Of a stretch of 44,131 nt of DNA, positions 28,974 to 38,218 are shown piece after piece (positions within the stretch are counted from its first letter, which is position 1; every line of letters starts with the position of its first letter). The notes beneath the pieces are model-generated. The model did no database searches, was not told the origin of the DNA, and was given only the letters and a program-made list of their open reading frames with translations. Source of the DNA: Acidobacteriota bacterium (GTDB taxonomy: Bacteria; Acidobacteriota; UBA6911; JACQSX01); the NCBI GenBank assembly GCA_036507075.1, contig DASXQR010000233.1:1-44131 (forward strand), in the 5' to 3' direction. The translations under genes and the position numbers were made by a program.

Positions 28974-30668
28974 ATGCAGAAGTACCAGTGGAACCTGCGC
29001 CCGCGAGTCTCGGAAACCGAGGCGCAGTTGGCCCGCGACTTGGGGATCTCGCCTCTCCTTGCTTCACTGCTGGAAGCTCGCGGCCTGCGCGAGCCGGACG
29101 CCGCCGCCCGCTTTCTTTCTCCCTCTCTGAACCAGTTGCATGACCCCCTGCTGCTGCGCGGGATGGACCGGGTCGTGGAACGGCTGGAGCAGTCGATTTC
29201 CCGCGGCGAGCGGATTCTGGTTTACGGGGATTACGACGTCGACGGGATTACTTCGGTTGTGATCCTGAAAAAATGCCTCGAAATGGCGGGAGCAGCGGTG
29301 CAGTACCATGTTCCTGAACGGCTCGCGGAAGGGTACGGGCTGCGTCCCGATCGCATCCGAAAGGCGGCCGACGACGGAGTTGCTCTGATCATCAGCGTCG
29401 ACAGCGGTATCCGCGGCAAAGAGGCCGCCCAGGTTGCCAGGGACTGCGGAGTAGACCTGATCATCACGGACCATCATTTGCCCGAGCGCGAGCTTCCCGC
29501 CGCGTACGAAATCCTGAACCCAAACCGCCCCGATTGCGGCTACCCCAATAAGCACCTGGCGGGAGTGGGCGTGGCCTTTAAGGTTGTTCAGGCGATGCTG
29601 CAGCGACGAGGAAAGGAACACCTGATTCCCAGTTTCCTGAAAATTGTCGCCATCGGAACGATTGCGGATATTGTTCCCTTGCTCGGTGAAAATCGGGTCT
29701 TTGTGAAAATCGGACTGGATGGACTGAAGTCGCCGCGCAATCCAGGCTTGAAAGCCCTGCTGGATTCGGCGGGCGTGCTGGGAAGACAGATTGACTATTC
29801 GACCGTTGGATTCCGAATCGCGCCCCGCATAAACGCGGTGGGAAGAATGGGAGAAACCGCGGACGCCGTGCGGCTGTTTGATTCTCTTCAGGAGGAAGAA
29901 GCGCGGCGCATTGCCGAGAAATTGAACGATAAGAATCTGTGGCGCCAGCGCGAGCAGGAGGAGATTCTAAAGTCCATCCAGGTAAAGTTTCAGGCCGAGC
30001 CGGACGCCTTTGAAAAAGACGTGATCATCCTGTGGGATCAATGCTGGCATCGAGGCGTAATCGGCATTGTGGCCTCGCGAATTATGGATACCTACGGGCG
30101 GCCGGTGTTGATTGCTTCAGTGGAGGATAGCTTGGCCACCGGGTCAGGTCGCAGCTTTGGCGATTTTCATCTCTTGCAGTCGCTTGAATCCTGCGGTGAT
30201 TTGTTTCAACGTTATGGAGGACACCAGAATGCGGCCGGTTTTACTATGGATGCCGCGCTGCTGCCGGAATTGAGAAGCCGGCTGAACCGCTATGCCGCCG
30301 AGAAATTTCCGGAAAGGCCGAAGCCCGCGATCGCGGTGGACTCCCTGCTTTCAGTGAAGGATCTCAATTACCGCATCTGGGAGGACTTGGTCCGGCTGGA
30401 GCCGTTCGGATTCGGAAACCCGGTACCGGTTTTTCTGGACAACGAGGTTTGCATCAGAGCCGGTCCGTTTACTTTGAAAGAGAAGCATCTGAAATGGAAA
30501 TTATTCAGCCCCACCTGTTCTGAGGCCCTCTGGTGGAACCAGGCTGAGAAGTTTGAGTCGCTAAAACAACTGCGAAGCTTCCGCGCGGTCTACGAAGTAG
30601 AAATGAACGAGTTCAGGGGAGAACGCTCACTGGTAGCTCGCATCCGCGACTTAGGGTTGCCGTCGTAA
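28974..30668 (+). CDS. recJ: Single-stranded-DNA-specific exonuclease RecJ
   Basis: VYGDYDVDG, EGYGL, VDSGI, IITDHH, GTIADIVPL, IAPRINAVGR, WHRGVIGIVAS, GSGRS, GGHQNAAG, LEPFGFGNP. Confidence 0.96.
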   Translation: MQKYQWNLRPRVSETEAQLARDLGISPLLASLLEARGLREPDAAARFLSPSLNQLHDPLLLRGMDRVVERLEQSISRGERILVYGDYDVDGITSVVILKKCLEMAGAAVQYHVPERLAEGYGLRPDRIRKAADDGVALIISVDSGIRGKEAAQVARDCGVDLIITDHHLPERELPAAYEILNPNRPDCGYPNKHLAGVGVAFKVVQAMLQRRGKEHLIPSFLKIVAIGTIADIVPLLGENRVFVKIGLDGLKSPRNPGLKALLDSAGVLGRQIDYSTVGFRIAPRINAVGRMGETADAVRLFDSLQEEEARRIAEKLNDKNLWRQREQEEILKSIQVKFQAEPDAFEKDVIILWDQCWHRGVIGIVASRIMDTYGRPVLIASVEDSLATGSGRSFGDFHLLQSLESCGDLFQRYGGHQNAAGFTMDAALLPELRSRLNRYAAEKFPERPKPAIAVDSLLSVKDLNYRIWEDLVRLEPFGFGNPVPVFLDNEVCIRAGPFTLKEKHLKWKLFSPTCSEALWWNQAEKFESLKQLRSFRAVYEVEMNEFRGERSLVARIRDLGLPS

Positions 30669-30677
30669 GTTTGAGAG

Positions 30678-30815
30678 CTTGGTGGTAAGAAAAATTGAAC
30701 CACCAAGGCACCAAGCCAGCTCTATCCGCTTGGCATTAACCCGCAACCCGCCAACCCGCAACCCGCAACCCGCATTCGGAAACGCGCCAACCCGCGAGCC
30801 CGCCAACCCGCCAAC
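30678..30815. repeat. 9-mer hairpin followed by an AACCCGC(C) array
   Basis: cttggtggt..accaccaaggcaccaagcc (30678-30717); aacccgc/aacccgcc units at 30738-30815. Confidence 0.85.
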
Positions 30816-30825
30816 TTTTAATAAG

Positions 30826-30854
30826 TTGACCTGCCCGCCTCCAGGTTCTACCTT
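30826..30854 (+). promoter_or_regulatory. Candidate sigma-70 promoter, probably leaderless
   Basis: TTGACC-17 nt-TACCTT, then 6 nt before ATG 30861; no SD. Confidence 0.5.
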
Positions 30855-30860
30855 TTATAT

Positions 30861-33158
30861 ATGCGTTACAATCGCAAGCTGAAATTCAGCCTGATCGCGA
30901 TTTTTGCCGTTATCGTGCTGCTGGTGGCGGCCAGTTACCTGCAGCACACGTTTCAGATCCTGCGGCTTGTCTCCGACGCCGAAAAGCTCCCGCTTAACAT
31001 TAAACAGATCGCAAAACAGTTCGAATACATCGAAAGTCGAAGCGGTAAGCCGATTTTCCGCGTAGTGGCCTTGCGGAGCGTCCAGTCCTCTGAAGGAACA
31101 AACATGCTGGAAGGCGTGCTGCTGGAGAAATACGACGAGAACGGGAAGCCGTCGGACTCGATCCGCAGCGGCCGGGCCAGCTACCAGCCCAATACCAAGC
31201 AGGTGGAATTCAACCAGAAAGTGGAGTTGAGACTGTCCAGCGGATTGGTTCTCCGCACTGAACAACTGAAAGCCGACTTGAACAAACAGTATGCCCAGGT
31301 CGAAAACGGATATTTCTTTGAATCCGGAGATTATACGGGCCGGGGCTCGCGGCTGGCTTACAAGATTCAGGAGCGCGAATTGGAAATGACCGGCGGTGTT
31401 GAGATCATGCAGAAGCAGGGCGAGCAGGTCCAGGGCTTCGCCCGCTCCGACAACGCCCTGATGCTGCTGCTCAAAAACCAGATCTTTCTGCGCGGGCATG
31501 TTTTCGGTAAAAAGGGCGACGACACATTGAATGCCGGTTCCACCGATCTGGTTTATGACTTCGAGAAGAAACAACTGAACGAAGTCCGGGCTTTTGATCA
31601 GGCCGTGGTTAATTCCATGCACTCAAAGGGGAACCGGATGCTCGCCGCTGGCAGCATTACCGTACCCGTTTCCGAGGGACGGGCGACATCCTTTACCGCC
31701 CTGGGGGATGCGCAGCCGGCCCGCCTGGAAGTTCACGAAGCCGACAAAGGCCGCAGGCTGGACGCCGCCACGATCACCGGCAAGTTCGACAAGGAAGGAA
31801 AGCTCGCCTCACTGGATTCTCGACAGAACGTACATTTCGCTGAACTTCCGGCAGGGTCAAAGATCCAGTCCGACACGGCCAGCGCGTCGTTCGGCGGCGG
31901 CAAAATAAAGACTGCCGTCTTTTCCGAGCGCGTGAAGTTTCAGGATGAGGCACATGGACTCACCCTCGACGGCACAAGGTTGACGCTGGGGTTCGACGCA
32001 GCGGGCAGCGCCGATACGGTCCAGGCGGCAGGCCCGGCGGTATTGAACAGCGTTGCTCGCGATCATAAATCGGAGATAAATCTGTCGGCTGATCGAATGG
32101 AAGGAAAGCTCGCGCCAGGGGGCACCTTCGAAAAGGCCAGCGCCTTTGGCAACGCGCTGCTCAAGATGAAGACGATTGAAGACAATAAGCTGAAGACCAT
32201 CGCCGCCGGAAAGGTTGTTGGAAGTTTTGACGGGGCGGGCAATCTGAACGCTCTGTCGGCCGAGCAACAGGTGCACCTGACATTGGATGATGGAAAGAAC
32301 AAGCGAAATACCTACAGCGATTTTCTGGAATCCAGCCTTGCTTCAGGAAAGCTGGAAACAGCCAGACAGTGGCCTAACTTCCGGTTCGAGGATGAGGAGA
32401 CAAGGCTGAGCGGTGAGACCGCCACCTACCAGAAGGGCATAATCAACATACCGCGGCAAAAGAAGTACCCGGTTCTCACACGCAGCGATTCAAAGACCAC
32501 GGCTCAGCTATTTGTTGTTTACGAAAATGAGAACAAGCTGCTGGCCCAGGGAGATGTGAGGTCCGAGGTCAAAAGAAACGCGGCCGCGAATTCGAACTTC
32601 CCGACGTTCAAAGACGATGAGCCCGTCTTTATAGAATCCCGTGAGCTGCTGCTCGCGGATAAGGAAGCCGTTTATTCAGGAGAGGTCAAGGCGCACCAGA
32701 AGAACGATTTCCTATCGGCCGACAAAATGGCAATTCGATCTGAAAGCGGCATGACGGCCACCGGCCGCGTGAAGACCGTTTTCTACCGGGACTCAAAAGG
32801 TCAGTTGAAGAAAGTGACGACCGAAGCGCCACAGCTTGTTTACGACCGCGAAAACCGCACTGCGCGATATTCGGGGGGCGTTCGAATGGTCACGGATGAC
32901 GGCGTTGTCACTTCAAAACTGCTCGATCTTTATTTCAACAAGGACGATCAGATTGAAAACGCCGTGGCGCGTCAGAATGTGGTGATTCAGCAGGGATCCA
33001 GGACGGGAACCGGAAACGAGGCCGACTACAACTTTTCCGCCAACCGGATCAGCCTGACCGGATCGCAGGCCCGCATTGTCGACCCGGCGAAAGGGAAGAC
33101 CTCAGGACGGCGATTGACCTTTTTTATTGGCGATGATAGGATTCTCGTCGAAGGCTAA
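30861..33158 (+). CDS. Large LptC/LptA(OstA)-like LPS transport bridge protein
   Basis: N-terminal TM anchor, repeated beta-jellyroll-like segments, LptA-like C-terminus (ARYSGGVRM, ARQNVVIQQGSRTGTG, TSGRRLTFF); directly upstream of lptB. Confidence 0.75.
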   Translation: MRYNRKLKFSLIAIFAVIVLLVAASYLQHTFQILRLVSDAEKLPLNIKQIAKQFEYIESRSGKPIFRVVALRSVQSSEGTNMLEGVLLEKYDENGKPSDSIRSGRASYQPNTKQVEFNQKVELRLSSGLVLRTEQLKADLNKQYAQVENGYFFESGDYTGRGSRLAYKIQERELEMTGGVEIMQKQGEQVQGFARSDNALMLLLKNQIFLRGHVFGKKGDDTLNAGSTDLVYDFEKKQLNEVRAFDQAVVNSMHSKGNRMLAAGSITVPVSEGRATSFTALGDAQPARLEVHEADKGRRLDAATITGKFDKEGKLASLDSRQNVHFAELPAGSKIQSDTASASFGGGKIKTAVFSERVKFQDEAHGLTLDGTRLTLGFDAAGSADTVQAAGPAVLNSVARDHKSEINLSADRMEGKLAPGGTFEKASAFGNALLKMKTIEDNKLKTIAAGKVVGSFDGAGNLNALSAEQQVHLTLDDGKNKRNTYSDFLESSLASGKLETARQWPNFRFEDEETRLSGETATYQKGIINIPRQKKYPVLTRSDSKTTAQLFVVYENENKLLAQGDVRSEVKRNAAANSNFPTFKDDEPVFIESRELLLADKEAVYSGEVKAHQKNDFLSADKMAIRSESGMTATGRVKTVFYRDSKGQLKKVTTEAPQLVYDRENRTARYSGGVRMVTDDGVVTSKLLDLYFNKDDQIENAVARQNVVIQQGSRTGTGNEADYNFSANRISLTGSQARIVDPAKGKTSGRRLTFFIGDDRILVEG

Positions 33159-33188
33159 CCTAATAATAACAAAGGGTTTATCTCGTAG

Positions 33189-33304
33189 GTTGTCTGTAGT
33201 CAGTTGTCCGTTGTCCGTTGTCAGTCGTCCGTAGCCAGTTGTCGATTGTTATGCGTCGCAGACCAGTCTGGACGGAGCACGAACAACCGACCATGGACAC
33301 GGAC
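33189..33304. repeat. Inverted GTTGTC(C/A) 7-mer array
   Basis: About 9 units gttgtcc/gttgtca (33189-33250) and a degenerate complementary arm gaacaac cgaccat ggacac ggac. Confidence 0.75.
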
Positions 33305-33314
33305 GAAGACCTAG

Positions 33315-34040
33315 ATGAAAACACTCGCCAGTGAGGGACTGTCCAAGAGCTATCGGGGCCGGACAGTGGTTCGAGACATCAACATCGAAATCCAGGAGGG
33401 CGAAGTCGTCGGACTGCTCGGCCCAAATGGCGCCGGGAAGACCACGACGTTTTACATGATCGTCGGCCTGGCGCGGCCGGAATCAGGCCGTGTGATCCTC
33501 GACGGAGAAGACATTACCGACATGCCGATGTTCCTGAGGGCACGCAAGGGCGTCAGCTACCTGCCGCAGGAGCCTTCCGTGTTTCGCAAGTTGACCGTCG
33601 AAGAGAATCTTTATGCCATCACGGAGACTCTTGACCTTTCTCCGGGCGAGCAGGATCAACGCGTAAATGACTTACTTGAAGAATTTGGAATTGCGCACCT
33701 GCGAAGCCACCGCGCCTATACCTTGTCGGGAGGAGAGCGCCGCAGGCTGGAAATTGCGCGCTCGCTCGTGATCCGGCCGTCGTTCATCCTGCTGGACGAG
33801 CCGTTCGCCGGTATTGATCCGCTCGCAGTGCTGGATATTCAGCGCATTGTCACGCACTTGAAGCAGCGCGGCATCGGCGTGTTGATTACAGATCACAATG
33901 TCCGCGAGACGCTTAAAATCACAGACCGCGCGTATATCATCAAAGAGGGTAATATTTTCAAAACGGGTACTCCCTCCGTGCTATCATCAGACATTGAAGT
34001 GCGAAAAGTCTATTTGGGCGAGAACTTCCGATTGATTTGA
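33315..34040 (+). CDS. lptB: LPS export ABC transporter ATPase
   Basis: [67 protein letters not shown]. Confidence 0.97.
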   Translation: MKTLASEGLSKSYRGRTVVRDINIEIQEGEVVGLLGPNGAGKTTTFYMIVGLARPESGRVILDGEDITDMPMFLRARKGVSYLPQEPSVFRKLTVEENLYAITETLDLSPGEQDQRVNDLLEEFGIAHLRSHRAYTLSGGERRRLEIARSLVIRPSFILLDEPFAGIDPLAVLDIQRIVTHLKQRGIGVLITDHNVRETLKITDRAYIIKEGNIFKTGTPSVLSSDIEVRKVYLGENFRLI

Positions 34041-34043
34041 TCA

Positions 34044-35648
34044 ATGGTTTTGCGACGCGGTGGCCTACGACCCTCCTTGAATGTCCAGCTCAGTCAGCGG
34101 CTGGCGATGACGCCCTCTTTACTTCAAAAAATCGAACTGCTGACTCTTTCGCGCATGGAACTCTCCGAAATGCTCACGGAAGAGCTGATGGAAAATCCCG
34201 TCCTGGAAGAAATCCAGGAAGCGGTGGATCAGGAAGTCTCAGATAGTGCCGAAGTCGAGATTGAGTTGGAAGCGCTGGCGGCGCGCAAGGAAAAAGAAAA
34301 GGAGCAGCCGCCCAATCAGGAGGAATATTCCGACGACGCCGATGAAACCATCCGCGAGATCGACTACTACTTCGATCAATATTCCGGTATGGGCAGTTTC
34401 AACACTCGGGAGTATCCCGATGAGGATCGTCCTTCATTCGAGACTTTTCTTGTCAGCCCGCTCTCACTTTTAGATCATCTGGAATGGCAGTTGAATTTGT
34501 CCGACGCTCCCGCGGACCTGTGCGAGATCGCCCGCTATTTGATCGGCAACATTACGGACGACGGTTATCTGACCGTCACCCTCGAAGAGGCAGCGCAGTC
34601 GATGCAGGCTTCGCTGGAAGCGGTGGAGAAAGCGCATCAACTGGTGATGCAACTCGACCCGGTGGGTGTGGGAGGGCGAAATTTTCAGGAATGCCTGCTG
34701 GTACAGATACGCCAGCTATCGGGGCCAGATACGATCGCCGAGCAGCTGATCCTGAATCATCTGCCTCTGATACAGCAACACAAATTGAAGGAGATAGCCA
34801 AAGAGCTGGGATGTACTGCGGAAGAAGTTACCGATGCGGTACAGGTGCTCAGGACGCTTTCTCCCAAGCCCGGCCAAAAATATAGCTCACAGAAACCGCG
34901 TTACATCGAACCTGATATTTACATTTTCAAGACCGAAGGTGTTTACAGTTGCCTGGAGCATCCGGAATATCGAATCTCATTGCCCGGCTTCTGTCCCGTG
35001 AAACTGAAAGACAGGGACGGTACGCTGATGAACACGCTGTGCGGCCGGGAACTGGTGGATTACGAGATTGAGATGAACGAAGACGGTCTGCCAAAGCTTC
35101 GTCTGAGCGCCTCGTACCGGGAATTGCTGAAGACCAATAACCTTCCCAAGGAGAGCAGGAACTACATCAAGGAAAAATGGCGCAGCGCGCAGGAACTGCT
35201 CAAGAGCGTAAGCCAGCGCAAGCACACCATCTATCGCGTGTGTGCCTCCATTGTCCGCAGACAGCGGGAGTTTCTGGAGCAGGGCGTTACTCAACTCAAG
35301 CCGATGCTGATCAAAGAGCTGGCAGACGAATTGGGTGTTCATTCCTCCACTATCAGCCGCACCGTGACCAATAAGTACGTGCACACACCGCAGGGAGTGA
35401 TGGAGCTGCGCAGCTTTTTCACCGTGGGCGTGGAGAGCAGTGAGGGCGACAACCTGAGCATCGTGCACGTGAAGCACAAGATCAAGCAGATTATTGAGAA
35501 CGAAAACGGCAAAAAGCCGTTGAGTGATCAGAAGATTGCCAACATGCTGAATCGTGAGGGCATTCAAATCACCAGGCGAACGGTCGCCAAATACCGTGAC
35601 CAGATGAGTGTCCCCGGATCGCGTGAGCGCAAATCCGCCCTGGTTTGA
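34044..35648 (+). CDS. rpoN: RNA polymerase sigma-54 factor with Cys/His-rich insertion
   Basis: QRLAMTPSLLQKIELL, ENPVLE, LDPVGVG, HSSTISR, KPLSDQKI, RpoN box RRTVAKYR. Confidence 0.97.
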   Translation: MVLRRGGLRPSLNVQLSQRLAMTPSLLQKIELLTLSRMELSEMLTEELMENPVLEEIQEAVDQEVSDSAEVEIELEALAARKEKEKEQPPNQEEYSDDADETIREIDYYFDQYSGMGSFNTREYPDEDRPSFETFLVSPLSLLDHLEWQLNLSDAPADLCEIARYLIGNITDDGYLTVTLEEAAQSMQASLEAVEKAHQLVMQLDPVGVGGRNFQECLLVQIRQLSGPDTIAEQLILNHLPLIQQHKLKEIAKELGCTAEEVTDAVQVLRTLSPKPGQKYSSQKPRYIEPDIYIFKTEGVYSCLEHPEYRISLPGFCPVKLKDRDGTLMNTLCGRELVDYEIEMNEDGLPKLRLSASYRELLKTNNLPKESRNYIKEKWRSAQELLKSVSQRKHTIYRVCASIVRRQREFLEQGVTQLKPMLIKELADELGVHSSTISRTVTNKYVHTPQGVMELRSFFTVGVESSEGDNLSIVHVKHKIKQIIENENGKKPLSDQKIANMLNREGIQITRRTVAKYRDQMSVPGSRERKSALV

Positions 35649-35654
35649 ACGAGA

Positions 35655-36173
35655 ATGCCCATGAAGCTTGAAATCACAGGCAGACACACCGAAATTACTC
35701 CCGCCTTGCGTGCCTTCATCGAAGAACATCTGGAGAAAATTCCGCGCGTTTTGGGGAATACTCTGGGAGTCCATGTGATTCTCACGGTCGAAAAGAAAAG
35801 GCACATCTGCGAGATCATCCTTAAATCCAAGACCGGACAACTGACAACGCTCGAGGAAACTTCCGACATGTACACCTCCATCACACGCGCCAGCCACAAG
35901 ATGGAGAAGCAGGTGCTGAAAACCAAAAAGAAGAAGGTGGAAGTCAAGCGACGGAAGGCCACGCCCCGGCGGCCACGGATTGAGGAAGCTCCACCGCAGG
36001 GACCGGCGGTAATCGAGGAGAGTATTTCCAAAAAGCCCATGGCGATCGAAGAGGCCCTCCTGAACCTCAACGAGTCCCGGAACGGGTTTGTGGTTTATCG
36101 CGATTCTGAATCCCGCACCGTGAGCGTTGTGTATCGGCGTCGTGACGGGAATATCGGGCTGATCCGGGCATGA
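35655..36173 (+). CDS. hpf: Ribosome hibernation promoting factor (long HPF)
   Basis: LEITGRHTEITPALR, DMYTSI, KPMAIEEA, VVYRRRDGNIGLI. Confidence 0.92.
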   Translation: MPMKLEITGRHTEITPALRAFIEEHLEKIPRVLGNTLGVHVILTVEKKRHICEIILKSKTGQLTTLEETSDMYTSITRASHKMEKQVLKTKKKKVEVKRRKATPRRPRIEEAPPQGPAVIEESISKKPMAIEEALLNLNESRNGFVVYRDSESRTVSVVYRRRDGNIGLIRA

Positions 36174-37057
36174 AGAGTCCTGTCATTCTGCTGTCCCTGC
36201 TGCTGTGGTTGCAGCAGGGAAGCGTTGAAGAGAGTGTCACTCTAAAACTTCGCGCCAGCATCAAACCGGGCCAGCCGGTTTCGGTAAGCCGGCTTTACAA
36301 CGAAGTGTTCGTCGATCCGGCGGAACGCAGAGTGCTGGAGCGGCTGTTCAATCTTTTCTTTAAGATCCCGATTTACATTGTCGAGCGGTACGAGTCGCAG
36401 AAGCGGCCGCCTACGCTGAGCGAGCTCTCCGCGCAGTTCCGCCTGACCGTGCCGGGCGAGGCCGATGTGCTGCTGACGGTGATGGAGGCAGACCCGCGGG
36501 TGCCGAAATTCTTCCGCCGCGACGCGGTGACAAAAGAAATCGTCGCAGTCGAACCGCAGGCGCTGCGCTCCAACAGTAACTTTTCCGCACGTCTGGATCG
36601 AAGCCTCGGCGGATTGGAGAATAAGCCTGCTCCCGACTTTAGTCTGAAGACGTTCGAAGGCAAAACGGTAGATCTGTCGAGTTATCGCGGCAGGACAGTT
36701 TTGGTTTACTTCTGGTTCACCGGCTGCCCTCCCTGCGGGCAAATCAGCCCTCATCTGGGTGCGTTGCAGGGCAGGTATGGGAACAGGAAGTTCCAGGTCC
36801 TCGGTTTGAATGCGGATCGAGTACTTGAGATTCCCAATGATGACGCCGAGCGCGCCGAATATGTGCGCGAGCGGGGCATGAACTTCACCAACCTGCACCT
36901 GGATCCTGAAACACTGAAGGCGTATGGCGATGTATCCATCTTCCCAACGCTGTTTCTGGTGGGACCGGACGGCATCATCCGGCGCCAGTGGTTGAATTAT
37001 CAGCCGCTTGAGAAGCTGGAAGCTGAAATCAAGAACCACCTTCCCGCAGTCCGATAG
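36170..37057 (+). CDS. TlpA/ResA-like thiol-disulfide oxidoreductase with extra N-terminal domain
   Basis: Signal-peptide-like start, PAPDFSL, VLVYFWFTGCPPC, FPTLFLVGPDG; ATGA overlap with hpf. Confidence 0.82.
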   Translation: MKSPVILLSLLLWLQQGSVEESVTLKLRASIKPGQPVSVSRLYNEVFVDPAERRVLERLFNLFFKIPIYIVERYESQKRPPTLSELSAQFRLTVPGEADVLLTVMEADPRVPKFFRRDAVTKEIVAVEPQALRSNSNFSARLDRSLGGLENKPAPDFSLKTFEGKTVDLSSYRGRTVLVYFWFTGCPPCGQISPHLGALQGRYGNRKFQVLGLNADRVLEIPNDDAERAEYVRERGMNFTNLHLDPETLKAYGDVSIFPTLFLVGPDGIIRRQWLNYQPLEKLEAEIKNHLPAVR

Positions 37058-37088
37058 GCGTGAGGGGAGGCTGCATCATTTTGGGATC

Positions 37089-37280
37089 GGAGAGACGGCC
37101 TGAGGGCCGTCTCTGGAGTTTGGCCATTTTCTGGTGTAGAGACGCGGCATGCCGCGGCGGTACGTTGGTAAATATCCAAACTGCGGGGCGTGGGCTCCCT
37201 TGCGCAGGCGCTGCTTTGCATGCGCCCTCTCTCCACGTCGCGTAAAATTCCCTGAGACGGCCCTCAGGCCGTCTCTCCAC
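37089..37280. repeat. REP doublet (GTGG/GTAG type) with internal degenerate REPs
   Basis: agagacggcc-tgag-ggccgtctct (37091-37114); inverted copy 37251-37280 identical over 30 nt to 4695-4724; gtagagacgcggcatgccgcg at 37136. Confidence 0.85.
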
Positions 37281-37341
37281 CTCTATTTCTCCTCCTGAAA
37301 TCAGCCTGGCGTGTTAAAAATACTGGTGATGAAACTGAACG

Positions 37342-38214
37342 ATGGAGCTTAAGACTCTTGTCATCATTACCGGCCTGAGTGGATCGGGCAAGCACACCGT
37401 CTTCAAGGCGTTTGAGGACCTTGGCTATTTCTGCGTTGATAACATCCCGATTCCGCTGATTCCCACACTGATCCAACTGACCGAGGCGACTGCCGGCCGC
37501 GTGGACAAACTCGCCGTGGTTATCGACGCGCGGCTGGGAGAAGCGATTCAGGATCTCAAAAAGCAGGTCGAAGAACTGCAGCAGTATCCCTTCAGGACGG
37601 TGCTGGTGTTTGTCGAGGCATCGGAAGCCGCGCTGGCGCGCCGCTACAGTGAAACCAGGAGGGTCCATCCGCTGGCACATGATCGCAACGTCATTGAAGG
37701 CATACGCGAGGAGCGCGAAAAGCTGCGCGAAATCCGCAGTCTGGCGGACCTGGTCCTGGATACCAGCGACTCCACGGTGCACGAGCTCCGCAGGCTGGTG
37801 GAAGACAATTTCCGCGATATTGAGCAGGCCGAAAGCCTGGTGGTGACAATCATGAGCTTTGGCTATAAGCACGGAATTCCTTTCAGCGCAGACCTGGTGT
37901 TCGATGTGCGCTTTCTGCCCAATCCGAACTTTGAGCCGCATTTGAAAAGCAAAACCGGAGCGGATCCGGAGGTGATTGCCTACATGAAGCAGTTTCAAGA
38001 TACTGAAATCATGCTCGGAAAGATTACCGACATGCTGCAGTACTTGATTCCCAAATACATCGAAGAGCGAAAGTCATATCTGACGATTGCCATTGGTTGC
38101 ACGGGGGGACGCCATCGCTCGGTAATGATGGCCTCGGCGCTGCGCGATCAGCTCGGCGCAAGCGGCCTAAAGATTAACCTCATTCATCGGGATATTCATA
38201 CGCAGGAGCCGTAG
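37342..38214 (+). CDS. rapZ: RNase adapter RapZ (YvcJ/YhbJ P-loop protein)
   Basis: TGLSGSGK, FEDLGYFCVDNIP, RRYSETRRVHPL, SFGYKHGIP, DVRFLPNP, IGCTGGRHRSV. Confidence 0.96.
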   Translation: MELKTLVIITGLSGSGKHTVFKAFEDLGYFCVDNIPIPLIPTLIQLTEATAGRVDKLAVVIDARLGEAIQDLKKQVEELQQYPFRTVLVFVEASEAALARRYSETRRVHPLAHDRNVIEGIREEREKLREIRSLADLVLDTSDSTVHELRRLVEDNFRDIEQAESLVVTIMSFGYKHGIPFSADLVFDVRFLPNPNFEPHLKSKTGADPEVIAYMKQFQDTEIMLGKITDMLQYLIPKYIEERKSYLTIAIGCTGGRHRSVMMASALRDQLGASGLKINLIHRDIHTQEP

Positions 38215-38218
38215 GCTT

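Noticed and set aside
34944..35057. Intein or intron in rpoN
   Set aside because: Only ~38 aa, in frame, with no intein terminal His-Asn followed by Cys/Ser/Thr and no intron-like features.
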